DNA of 64,000 nucleotides from an uncultured Bacteroidota bacterium (GTDB lineage: Bacteria; Bacteroidota; Bacteroidia; Flavobacteriales; Flavobacteriaceae): positions 14,423 to 78,422 of the forward strand of contig CABYAF010000003.1 of assembly GCA_902516925.1 (NCBI GenBank), given 5' to 3'. The stretch's first letter is position 1; every line of letters begins with the position of its first letter. A model generated the notes under the pieces. It searched no databases and was not told where the DNA came from. It saw only the letters and a program-made list of their open reading frames with translations. Shown one piece after another: positions 47,768 to 56,690 of this stretch. The translations under genes and the position numbers were made by a program.

Positions 47768-48769
47768 TTAATCTATTTTATGTTTAATAAAAGGATAATC
47801 TTTTTGCTCATATACAACATCGTACATAATAGACTTATCAGGGAAAGGTGAGGATTCTGAGAATTCTTCACATTTTGTAATAATATTCTTTACTTTTTTA
47901 TCTATTTTTTCAATATCAGATTTTGTTCCATACTTCTTTGAAAGAATAATTTTTTCAACTTGAGTGATAGGGTCGATTTTTCTATACTCTTCAACTTCCT
48001 CTTTAGTTCTATATTGTTGAGCATCAGACATTGAATGTCCTCTATATCTATAAGTCTTAACGTCTAGTAAAGAAGGCCCTTTACCTGACCTTGCATGTTT
48101 AACACACTCATCTATAGCTTCTGCTACTTTTACAGGATCCATCCCATCAATAGGCATTGAAGGCATTTCATATGGCTCACCCAGTTTCCATAAATCTTCT
48201 TGGCTTGTAGTTCTTGCCACAGATGTTCCCATTGCATATCCGTTATTTTCAACAATGTATATAACAGGAAGTTTCCATAAAGCAGCGAGATTGATAGATT
48301 CATGAAATGCACCTTGACGAATTGCACCATCACCTAGAAAACATAATGTAACACTATCTCTTTTAAAATACTTATCTCCAAAGGCAATTCCTGTACCTAA
48401 AGGTATTTGTCCACCAACAATTCCATGTCCACCAAAGAAATTATATTTTTTTGAAAAAATATGCATAGAACCACCCAATCCACCTGAAGTACCCGTAGCT
48501 TTTCCGAATAGCTCAGCCATTACAAACTTTGGATCTTCTCCAAGTCCAATAGCATGCACATGACTCCTGTATGAGCTTATCATACGATCTTTCTTTGGAT
48601 CTATTGAGTGAAGACATCCAGCTAGAACAGCTTCTTGACCATTATAAAGATGGAGGAACCCTCGAATCTTTTGCTGAATATATTTTGCAGCAAGTTTATC
48701 TTCAAACTTTCTCCATAAAAGCATATTTTCATACCAATCCAAATAAGTCTTTTCTGTTATTTTTTTCAT
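47768..48769 (-). CDS. pdhA: Pyruvate (2-oxoacid) dehydrogenase E1 component alpha subunit
   Basis: TPP-binding region GDGAIRQGAFHESINLAALWKLPVIYIVENNGYAMGT and phospho-loop-like YRYRGHSMSD. Confidence 0.9.
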   Translation of the reverse strand: MKKITEKTYLDWYENMLLWRKFEDKLAAKYIQQKIRGFLHLYNGQEAVLAGCLHSIDPKKDRMISSYRSHVHAIGLGEDPKFVMAELFGKATGTSGGLGGSMHIFSKKYNFFGGHGIVGGQIPLGTGIAFGDKYFKRDSVTLCFLGDGAIRQGAFHESINLAALWKLPVIYIVENNGYAMGTSVARTTSQEDLWKLGEPYEMPSMPIDGMDPVKVAEAIDECVKHARSGKGPSLLDVKTYRYRGHSMSDAQQYRTKEEVEEYRKIDPITQVEKIILSKKYGTKSDIEKIDKKVKNIITKCEEFSESSPFPDKSIMYDVVYEQKDYPFIKHKID

Positions 48770-48804
48770 ATAAATGAGTTGAAGTCTGTTAGTCTAAGAC
48801 GAAG

Positions 48805-48812
48805 CAAAAATA
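48805..48812 (-). promoter_or_regulatory. -7 box (TATTTTTG) upstream of pdhA
   Basis: The reverse complement of caaaaata gives an exact TAnnTTTG, 35 nt upstream of the pdhA ATG. Confidence 0.4.
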
Positions 48813-48845
48813 CTCATTTCTTTAGTATATTGCAATAAAATTAGA

Positions 48846-50126
48846 TTGGACACGAAAAAATTATATTCATTATTTACCTCATCAAGCGGAGTTTCAATTG
48901 ATACAAGAAATCTTATCAGTGATCAAATTTTTTTTTCATTAAAAGGTGAAAATTTTAATGGAAATCATTTTGCTTTGGAAGCATTAGATAAAGGTGCTTG
49001 TTATAGTATAATTGATGATAAAAGTATTTTAGATAAAAATCCAAATCTTATATATGTTGAAGACTCACTAATAGCTCTTCAGAAATTAAGTAGTTATCAT
49101 AGGTCTCAATATGATACAAAAATAATTGGAGTTACTGGAAGTAACGGAAAAACAACCACTAAGAATCTAATTTATTCAATACTTTCTCAAAAGTATAATG
49201 TAATAAAAACAAAGGGTAATTTAAATAATCATATCGGAGTTCCTATTTCTCTTTTCGATATAAATAAAGATGTTGATATTGCAATTATTGAGATGGGAGC
49301 AAATCATATAGGAGAGATAGAAAGTCTATGTGAAATTGCAATGCCAGATATTGGATTAATTACAAACTACGGTAAAGCCCATCTAGAAGGTTTTGGTGGA
49401 TTTGAAGGAGTAATTAAAGGAAAAACTGAAATGTTTGACTACTTAACTCAAAATTATGGTCATATAATTTTGAATAATGATGATAAACTACAGATTGAAA
49501 ATTGTAAAGGAGATTTGGCAGTGACTTTTGGTGAAAATCAAGATTCAGAATATACATTTAACTATATTAAAAGGGATAATCAATTAATTCTAAAAAGTGA
49601 AGATTATGAATTTAGATCAAGTATTTATGGAGACTATAATTTCTCTAATATAGCATCAAGTGTATCAATAGGTAAATTTCTTGATTTGACAAATGATGAA
49701 ATTCAAAAAGGTCTTGATATATTTAAAAATGATTCTAATAGATCAGAAATAATTCAATTTGGTTCTAATAAAATCTATCTAGATGCATATAATGCTAACC
49801 CAACTAGTATAAAAGCCGCAATATCTAATTTTGATAAAGAAGTAATATCAAATAAAGTATTAGTTCTTGGTGATATGTTTGAACTAGGAGAACACTCTGA
49901 AAAAGAGCATCAAGATGTTGTTGACTTAATTGATAATAAAAATTATAAAAAAGTTTATCTCATTGGTAATATTTTTTTCAATTGTGAAATTAAAGAAGCA
50001 CATATTGAAAAGTTCAAATCTTTAGATGAAATGTCTAAAGCAATAAAATTGAATGATCTTCATTCAATGAATATATTGATTAAAGGGTCAAGAGGAATTG
50101 GCTTAGAAAAGTTACTTAATTACTAG
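48846..50126 (+). CDS. murF: UDP-N-acetylmuramoyl-tripeptide--D-alanyl-D-alanine ligase
   Basis: TTG start. Motifs GVSIDTRNL, P-loop GVTGSNGKTTT, DAYNANP. Confidence 0.85.
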   Translation: MDTKKLYSLFTSSSGVSIDTRNLISDQIFFSLKGENFNGNHFALEALDKGACYSIIDDKSILDKNPNLIYVEDSLIALQKLSSYHRSQYDTKIIGVTGSNGKTTTKNLIYSILSQKYNVIKTKGNLNNHIGVPISLFDINKDVDIAIIEMGANHIGEIESLCEIAMPDIGLITNYGKAHLEGFGGFEGVIKGKTEMFDYLTQNYGHIILNNDDKLQIENCKGDLAVTFGENQDSEYTFNYIKRDNQLILKSEDYEFRSSIYGDYNFSNIASSVSIGKFLDLTNDEIQKGLDIFKNDSNRSEIIQFGSNKIYLDAYNANPTSIKAAISNFDKEVISNKVLVLGDMFELGEHSEKEHQDVVDLIDNKNYKKVYLIGNIFFNCEIKEAHIEKFKSLDEMSKAIKLNDLHSMNILIKGSRGIGLEKLLNY

Positions 50127-52008
50127 AACCTTTAATAATTTCATCAACAACATCTGGGTTAAGTAAGGTTGAAGTATCACCTAAATTATCAAAATCATTA
50201 CTTGCGACTTTCCTTAATATCCTTCTCATTATTTTACCCGATCTTGTCTTTGGTAAACCACTTACAATTTGAATTTTATCTGGTTTTGCAATAGGCCCAA
50301 TAACTCTTCTTACAACATCTGTAATTTCTTTTTTAATTAAATCATCTGATGATTTAGAATTAACTATAACATATGCATATATTCCTTCACCCTTAATCTC
50401 ATGAGGATAGCCAACAACAGCAGATTCAATTACTTCCTCATGTTCGTTTATTGCATTTTCAACCTCTGCAGTTCCCATTCTGTGCCCCGAGACATTTATT
50501 ACATCGTCAACTCTTCCAAGGATTCTCAAGTACCCATCGTGATCTCTTTTTACTCCATCTCCAGTAAAATACATACCCTTATAATGGGAGAAGTAAGTAT
50601 TTATACATCTCTGGTGATCTCCATAAGTAGTTCTTAATATTGATGGCCATGGAAATTTAACACATAGATTACCTTGAACATTATTACCAATTAATTCGTT
50701 CCCATCCGAATCAACAATTACAGGTTGAATTCCAGGCAGAGGAAGAGATGCATGAGCTGGTTTATTTGGAGTAATTCCAGCAAGTGCAGAAATCATTATA
50801 CCACCTGTTTCAGTCTGCCACCATGTATCGACTAAAGGACAATTTCCTTTTCCAATATTATCATGATACCAATGCCAAGCTTCCTCATTAATTGGTTCTC
50901 CTACAGATCCTATTACATTTAAAGAATCTAAAGAATTATTTTTTAAAGGTTCTAGTCCATGAGCTTGAAGTGCTCTAATTGCAGTAGGAGCAGTGTAGAA
51001 TTGATTGACTTTATATTTATCAACAACATCCCAGAACCTACTCACATTAGGAAATGTTGGAACACCTTCAAACATTACTGAGGTAGCACCGCAAAGTAGA
51101 GGTCCATATACTATATATGAGTGACCAGTTATCCAACCAACATCTGCAGTACACCAATAAATATCATTTTCATCATATTGAAATACATTGAGGAATGTAT
51201 ATGCAGAATATACCATATATCCAGCAGAGGAATGAACAACGCCTTTAGGTTTTCCTGTTGATCCAGAAGTATATAATATAAACAACATGTCCTCTGAATC
51301 TAAAATCTCAGGAACACATTGTGAGGAAATACCATTAATACAATCATGCCACCAATAGTCTCTCCCCTCTGTCATATCAACTTTTTGTTTTGTTCTTTCT
51401 AATACAATGACACTCTCAATTGTTGAACACTTTTCAAGTGCCTCATCAACAACAGGTTTAACAGGAATAGTTTTATTACCCCTGAAATTACCATCAGAAG
51501 TTAGTATCATTTTTGCTTGACAGTCATTTATTCTATCGGCAAGAGAGATAGATGAAAAACCTGCAAAAACAACAGAGTGAACAGCACCAACTCTTGCACA
51601 TGCCAACATTGCAATTGCTGCTTCAGGTACCATTGGCATGTATATAATTACTCTATCTCCTTTTTTAACTCCTTTATCTCTTAGAGCATTTGAAAACTTA
51701 CAAGTTTCTCCATAAAGCTCATTATATGTTAAATGAATTGAGGGCTCATTTGGATCATTTGGTTCCCATATAATTGCTGTTTTATCACCACGATCTTTTA
51801 AATTCCTTTCAAAAATGTTTTCAGTTATATTAAGCTTTGCATTTTTAAACCACTTAATATCTACACTCTCAAAATCCCAATCTAATACCTTATCCCACTT
51901 TTTTTTCCATATGAAAGTGTCAGCTATCTCTGACCAAAATTTTTCAGGATCTTTTTCACTTTGTTCATATTTTTTAAAATATTCGGAAAGACTAGTAATT
52001 CTTTGCAT
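50116..52008 (-). CDS. acs: Acetyl-CoA synthetase
   Basis: AMP-binding motif YTSGSTGKPKGV, plus WWQTETGG and the C-terminal PKTRSGKIMRR. 630 aa. Confidence 0.95.
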   Translation of the reverse strand: MQRITSLSEYFKKYEQSEKDPEKFWSEIADTFIWKKKWDKVLDWDFESVDIKWFKNAKLNITENIFERNLKDRGDKTAIIWEPNDPNEPSIHLTYNELYGETCKFSNALRDKGVKKGDRVIIYMPMVPEAAIAMLACARVGAVHSVVFAGFSSISLADRINDCQAKMILTSDGNFRGNKTIPVKPVVDEALEKCSTIESVIVLERTKQKVDMTEGRDYWWHDCINGISSQCVPEILDSEDMLFILYTSGSTGKPKGVVHSSAGYMVYSAYTFLNVFQYDENDIYWCTADVGWITGHSYIVYGPLLCGATSVMFEGVPTFPNVSRFWDVVDKYKVNQFYTAPTAIRALQAHGLEPLKNNSLDSLNVIGSVGEPINEEAWHWYHDNIGKGNCPLVDTWWQTETGGIMISALAGITPNKPAHASLPLPGIQPVIVDSDGNELIGNNVQGNLCVKFPWPSILRTTYGDHQRCINTYFSHYKGMYFTGDGVKRDHDGYLRILGRVDDVINVSGHRMGTAEVENAINEHEEVIESAVVGYPHEIKGEGIYAYVIVNSKSSDDLIKKEITDVVRRVIGPIAKPDKIQIVSGLPKTRSGKIMRRILRKVASNDFDNLGDTSTLLNPDVVDEIIKGSSN

Positions 52009-52010
52009 GT

Positions 52011-53678
52011 CTATTTAGGGTATCTTATACTTTCAACTAAATCTTTAATTTTATTTGGTGTTGGTCTTGTAATTCTTGACACAATTAAAGATACTATAAA
52101 GTTAATAATCATACCAATTGTACCAATACCTTCAGGAGATATTCCAAATAAATAATTTTCTGGTAAGCCCGGGCCACCTAGTTGAGGCTTGAAATAGAAT
52201 ATATATATTGCTGTAAAAACTATTCCTATTACCATTCCAGATAAAGCTCCCTCTTTATTCATCTTTTTATCAAAAATCCCTAAAATAATAGCAGGAAAAA
52301 AAGATGAAGCCGCCAAACCAAATGCTAGTGCAACAACCTCTGCAACAAAACCTGGTGGGTTTAACCCAGCAAGACCTGCAGCAACTACTGCTACTGCAAT
52401 AGAGATTCTTGCAGCCCATAATTCTCCTTTTTCAGAAATGTTTGGATTGATATTTTTTTTCAAAAGATCGTGTGAGATAGATGTTGAAATTACAAGAAGT
52501 AAACCAGCAGCTGTTGAAAGTGCAGCAGCTAATCCCCCTGCAACTATTAATCCAATTACCCATGCAGGTAAATTAGCAATTTCTGGATTTGCTAAGACCA
52601 TAATATCTCTATCAATAGTTAACTCATTAACTTGAGTATCTGCAACATATTGAATAACACCATCTGCATTTTTATCATCAAATTCAAGAAGTCCAGTGTT
52701 CTCCCAATTCTTGAACCATTGAGGCATTTCTGCATATTTAGCGTTTGATACTGTATTAATCAAATTCACTTTAGCAAATGCAGCAACTGCTGGAGCAGTT
52801 GTGTAAAGTAATGATATAAATAATAAAGCCCATCCTGCAGAGATTCTTGCATCTCTAACTTTTGGTACAGTAAAAAATCTAACAATTACATGTGGAAGAC
52901 CTGCTGTTCCAAACATAAGAGCTGCTGTAATAAAAAATACATTTATTAGAGTTGTCTTGTTAATATCTGTATACTTTTCAAATCCGAGATCTACGGATAG
53001 TTGATTTAAATTTTCTAATAGATATACTCCATCTAATGTTTTACTTCCAAACCCGATTTGAGGTATTGGATTTCCAGTGGCCTGAAGGGATATGAATATT
53101 GCTGGTACAGTAAATGCAAATATTAAAACACAATACTGTGCAACTTGAGTATATGTAATTCCCTTCATTCCTCCAAGTACAGCATAGAAAAAAACAATAC
53201 CAATGCCAATAATAACTCCTAAGTCATATGGTATCTCTAAAAACCTTGAAAATGCAACACCTACACCCTTCATTTGGCCAACAACATATGTAAATGAGAC
53301 AAAGATTGCACAAATTAATGCGACTGTTCTTGCAGTTTGGGAATAATATCTTTCGCCTATGAAATCAGGAACAGTAAACTTTCCAAATTTTCTAAGGTAT
53401 GGGGCTAAACATAGTGCTAATAACACATATCCACCTGTCCAACCCATCAAGTATTGTGAACCCCCATAACCAAGAAATGAAATGATTCCGGCCATAGATA
53501 TAAAAGAAGCAGCAGACATCCAATCAGCAGCAGTTGCCATACCATTTATAATTGGATGTATACCTCCACCCGCAACATAAAATTCCTTAGTACTTTGAGC
53601 TCTAGACCAAATTGCTATTCCGATATAAAGCGAAAATGTTACACCAACGAGTGAATATGTCCAAAATTGCGCATCCAT
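52011..53678 (-). CDS. Solute:sodium symporter large subunit (acetate/monocarboxylate permease, ActP-like)
   Basis: 555-aa polytopic SSS-family protein, directly upstream of acs and downstream of a DUF4212-type small subunit. Confidence 0.85.
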   Translation of the reverse strand: MDAQFWTYSLVGVTFSLYIGIAIWSRAQSTKEFYVAGGGIHPIINGMATAADWMSAASFISMAGIISFLGYGGSQYLMGWTGGYVLLALCLAPYLRKFGKFTVPDFIGERYYSQTARTVALICAIFVSFTYVVGQMKGVGVAFSRFLEIPYDLGVIIGIGIVFFYAVLGGMKGITYTQVAQYCVLIFAFTVPAIFISLQATGNPIPQIGFGSKTLDGVYLLENLNQLSVDLGFEKYTDINKTTLINVFFITAALMFGTAGLPHVIVRFFTVPKVRDARISAGWALLFISLLYTTAPAVAAFAKVNLINTVSNAKYAEMPQWFKNWENTGLLEFDDKNADGVIQYVADTQVNELTIDRDIMVLANPEIANLPAWVIGLIVAGGLAAALSTAAGLLLVISTSISHDLLKKNINPNISEKGELWAARISIAVAVVAAGLAGLNPPGFVAEVVALAFGLAASSFFPAIILGIFDKKMNKEGALSGMVIGIVFTAIYIFYFKPQLGGPGLPENYLFGISPEGIGTIGMIINFIVSLIVSRITRPTPNKIKDLVESIRYPK

Positions 53679-53679
53679 A

Positions 53680-53922
53680 TTATTCCTCTAAATTGTGTTC
53701 TTTATCTAATTTGTTCATTAAATAGACATATATGAATATTAATATTACAAATATGTAGATTGAGCCCTGTTGTGCAAACCAAAATCCAAGAGGAAAGCCT
53801 CCTAAAAAAATTGAGTTAAGATTTTCTGCAAATAAGATCCCAAATCCAAAAGATGAAATAAACCAAATGGTCAAAAGAATTCTTAAATACAAAATATTTT
53901 TTTTCCAGTATTTTTCCTTCAT
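53680..53922 (-). CDS. Small membrane subunit of solute:sodium symporter (DUF4212-like)
   Basis: 80 aa with two TM segments and the pattern YW..N...LRILLTIWF ... GFPLGFWFAQQGSIY. Ends 1 nt before the symporter gene. Confidence 0.65.
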   Translation of the reverse strand: MKEKYWKKNILYLRILLTIWFISSFGFGILFAENLNSIFLGGFPLGFWFAQQGSIYIFVILIFIYVYLMNKLDKEHNLEE

Positions 53923-53989
53923 TTTATTTTCATTTTACGTTAAATTATCAATTTAAATTAGAAACATAACAAATAACAATACTTCATTA

Positions 53990-54481
53990 TTACTGCTCAT
54001 TAATGATATTTTCTGGATATTTTCCATGCTTTCTCATATCTGCCTTAGTTAGTATTTTAAAAGAATCTGATTTAGAACAGTTTTTAAAAATTTCAAACGA
54101 TTCCTCTGGCATTGATGTCAGTTTCCTTGTATCTGTATTTATAAAGCCGAAAGCAAGATCAAGATGAGCAAGATGATTTCCAGCATTATCATAAAAATTT
54201 TGAAACATCGAAAAGAATCTTCCATCTTCACTATATCCATTTATCTCAATATTAATTCTAAATTCAACCTCCATTAAAATTTCCTTGTAGTAGTGTATAT
54301 GTTCATAGAACAATACTGGTCCAATTTTAAAGTTTTCAAAAACATCTTTATTCAGTTTAATAAAAGAAAAAAAAGACACCCTAGTATCAGCTGCATATTT
54401 AATGTATGCATGATTTGCAACATGCCAGTTAGGATCCAAATCTGTCCATGATGCAAAAAAGGTTTTTTCAAATTTTTTCAA
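53990..54481 (-). CDS. Hotdog-fold thioesterase-like protein
   Basis: 163 aa with the N-terminal pattern W.DLDPNWHVANHAYIKY, resembling 4HBT/YbgC-type thioesterases. The assignment is weak. Confidence 0.5.
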   Translation of the reverse strand: MKKFEKTFFASWTDLDPNWHVANHAYIKYAADTRVSFFSFIKLNKDVFENFKIGPVLFYEHIHYYKEILMEVEFRINIEINGYSEDGRFFSMFQNFYDNAGNHLAHLDLAFGFINTDTRKLTSMPEESFEIFKNCSKSDSFKILTKADMRKHGKYPENIINEQ

Positions 54482-54507
54482 TGTAATTTTTAATTGGTCA
54501 ATTCAAT

Positions 54508-55017
54508 TTAGGAAATTATTTTAAAGAAACTCTCGCGATATCCCCAAAATATATCAAAATAAAAAAATAAGAAACTTAGACTGATTAAAAATTTGATAAC
54601 ACTTCCTGCAATTACACCAACAAATGATCCAAAGGCTGGTTTTATCGAATCCTGAAAGGATTTTTTTGCTGACATTTCACCTAATAATGCTCCCAAAAAT
54701 GGGCCAATAATAATACCTATAGGTCCTAAGATTATTAGAGCTACAATTAAACCGACAGTAGTTCCAATTTGGCCAGATCTAGTTCCACCTAACTTTTTTA
54801 CACCTAATATTGGAATAATATAGTCTAAGATTCCAACAGATATTGCTACGGTTAGAGTTATTAAAACAAAGTTTAAGTTAAATTCAACTACTGACGTTAA
54901 ATTTAAAAGTAAAATACCTAGCCAAGCAGTTACTGGGCCAGGTATTATTGGTATAAAGCTTCCAACTATTCCAATTAAGCATAATAGGAACCCTATAATT
55001 AGTAAGAATAAATCCAA
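54508..55017 (-). CDS. DUF456-like integral membrane protein
   Basis: 169 aa with four or five TM segments. N-terminal pattern GIVGSFIPIIPGP. Confidence 0.6.
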   Translation of the reverse strand: MDLFLLIIGFLLCLIGIVGSFIPIIPGPVTAWLGILLLNLTSVVEFNLNFVLITLTVAISVGILDYIIPILGVKKLGGTRSGQIGTTVGLIVALIILGPIGIIIGPFLGALLGEMSAKKSFQDSIKPAFGSFVGVIAGSVIKFLISLSFLFFYFDIFWGYRESFFKIIS

Positions 55018-55025
55018 TTTATATT

Positions 55026-55520
55026 TTAATTCTGAGATGAAGGTCTTGCCTTCTCATAAAATATTATTCTGGAAAGTTTATCCTCTGTAAATTGAGCGTC
55101 AACCATTAGTAATCGTGATTGTTTGCCTTCTTCAGTATTAGTATCCTCAACAGAACCTGCAATTATCCATACCTCAGCATTGTTAACTCCTACATATGGC
55201 AATGCCCAATACATATTAAGCTCAGGATCAAGAGTAAAATAGTTTTCAAGACCTTGACTATGAGCTTCCTTTCCCTCTATGGATGTTCCATCAGGTAACT
55301 CAAGGATAACATCATCAGTCTCGTATGATAAAACTTTATCAATATCTTTCTCGTTATGAGCTTCAACCCATGCTTTGAATATATCAGTATAATCGTCTGA
55401 AGCGTTAACAAATTTTTCGTTACCATCTTCTGCTATCCAATATCCTGAGCCTTTTGGCTCTTCAACTGGCATTTCACATGATGCAAGTAAAATTGCTAAT
55501 AATAAAATATATTTTTTCAT
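55026..55520 (-). CDS. Lipoprotein, NTF2/SnoaL-like (paralog A)
   Basis: Lipobox LLASC. About 40% identical by eye to the next gene. The W.EAHNEKD pattern is typical of NTF2-like folds. Confidence 0.6.
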   Translation of the reverse strand: MKKYILLLAILLASCEMPVEEPKGSGYWIAEDGNEKFVNASDDYTDIFKAWVEAHNEKDIDKVLSYETDDVILELPDGTSIEGKEAHSQGLENYFTLDPELNMYWALPYVGVNNAEVWIIAGSVEDTNTEEGKQSRLLMVDAQFTEDKLSRIIFYEKARPSSQN

Positions 55521-55597
55521 TTTTATAATTATTGGTTATAATATAAATATATGTAAACTATCCAATAGATACTATCCATATCAACTAAATATAATTA

Positions 55598-56089
55598 TTA
55601 GTTATTTGAGTTTGGTCTTTGATTTTCATAGACATAAATTCTACTGATTAGACCATCTTCTAGTTGTATGTCTCCCATATGAAATATTACATTTTCTTCA
55701 CCATTTACATTAGATCTTAATGCAAAACCTGCAATTACCCATGTTTTTTGTGCTTTAACAGAGGTGTATGGTAATATCCAATATGGTTCCCAAGTCACAT
55801 TATTAGCAAAAAATGATTCAAGGACTTTAGAATGTTCATCATGACCATCAATTACTGTTCCATCTGGAAGCTCTATATGAATATCAGTTTTTTCCATGGA
55901 TAAAATTGATTCCATATCTCTTTCATTATGAGACTCAGCCCATTTTTTTACAAAATCTGTGGTTTCATCTGACCCAATCATATAAGATTCCTCTTCATCT
56001 TGAATGAAGTAACCTGCAGTTTTTGGCTCTTGATTTGGTTCAGTACATGATGCAAATAAGATTGTAATTAATAATATATATTTTTTCAT
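55598..56089 (-). CDS. Lipoprotein, NTF2/SnoaL-like (paralog B)
   Basis: Lipobox LFASC. Shares MKKYILL, EPK..GY.I, W.E.HNE.D, ELPDGT.I.G, YW.LPY and W.IAG with paralog A. Confidence 0.6.
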   Translation of the reverse strand: MKKYILLITILFASCTEPNQEPKTAGYFIQDEEESYMIGSDETTDFVKKWAESHNERDMESILSMEKTDIHIELPDGTVIDGHDEHSKVLESFFANNVTWEPYWILPYTSVKAQKTWVIAGFALRSNVNGEENVIFHMGDIQLEDGLISRIYVYENQRPNSNN

Positions 56090-56135
56090 TGTGTATGATT
56101 TATAATTAAGTATTAAATTTAATAAAATATAAACT

Positions 56136-56690
56136 ATGGCAAGAACTCCTTCAAATATGATTTCTCTTGGATCTATTGCTCCTGATTTTAATCTAATTGA
56201 TGTAACATCTGATTCGAGTTTTTCTTTAAAAGAAAATAAAGGGACTATCGGAACAGTAATAATGTTTATATGTAATCACTGTCCATACGTTAAGCATGTA
56301 AACCCAACAATAAGTAAATTGTCTAAAGAATACCAAAGTGATGAAATAAAATTTATTGCTATCTCTAGTAATGATGTCATTAATTATCCTGAGGATAGTC
56401 CTGAAAAAATGAAAATAAATACTATTGAAAACGATTTTAATTTTCCTTATTTATACGATGAGAGTCAAGAAGTAGCTAAAGCATATGATGCAGCATGCAC
56501 TCCCGATTTTTATCTATATGATGACAACCTAAGGTTAGTTTACAGAGGACAACTTGATGATTCGAGACCGGGTAACGAAATTGAATCCAATGGGAATGAT
56601 ATTAAAAATGCAATTGATTGTCTCATAAATGGTATTGAAAATAATGATCTACAGAAACCAAGTATTGGTTGTAATATAAAATGGAAATAA
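56136..56690 (+). CDS. Thioredoxin-fold (AhpC/TSA-like) redox protein
   Basis: 184 aa with the CxxC motif FICNHCPYV in a thioredoxin-like context. Confidence 0.7.
   Translation: MARTPSNMISLGSIAPDFNLIDVTSDSSFSLKENKGTIGTVIMFICNHCPYVKHVNPTISKLSKEYQSDEIKFIAISSNDVINYPEDSPEKMKINTIENDFNFPYLYDESQEVAKAYDAACTPDFYLYDDNLRLVYRGQLDDSRPGNEIESNGNDIKNAIDCLINGIENNDLQKPSIGCNIKWK

Noticed and set aside
48772-48819. 8-bp inverted repeat AAATGAGT ... ACTCATTT in the pdhA/murF spacer
   Set aside because: The 32-nt loop makes a stable hairpin unlikely. One arm abuts the putative pdhA -7 box, so it would not be transcribed together with the other arm. This is probably chance in AT-rich DNA.
1780-50126. Frequent non-ATG starts (TTG at 1780, 4334, 11146, 30478, 33037, 34037, 48846; GTG at 36381) as a sign of pseudogenisation or mis-annotation
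   Set aside because: In each case the N-terminus of the encoded protein matches the expected start of the family, and no in-frame ATG is nearby. The ORFs are full length.
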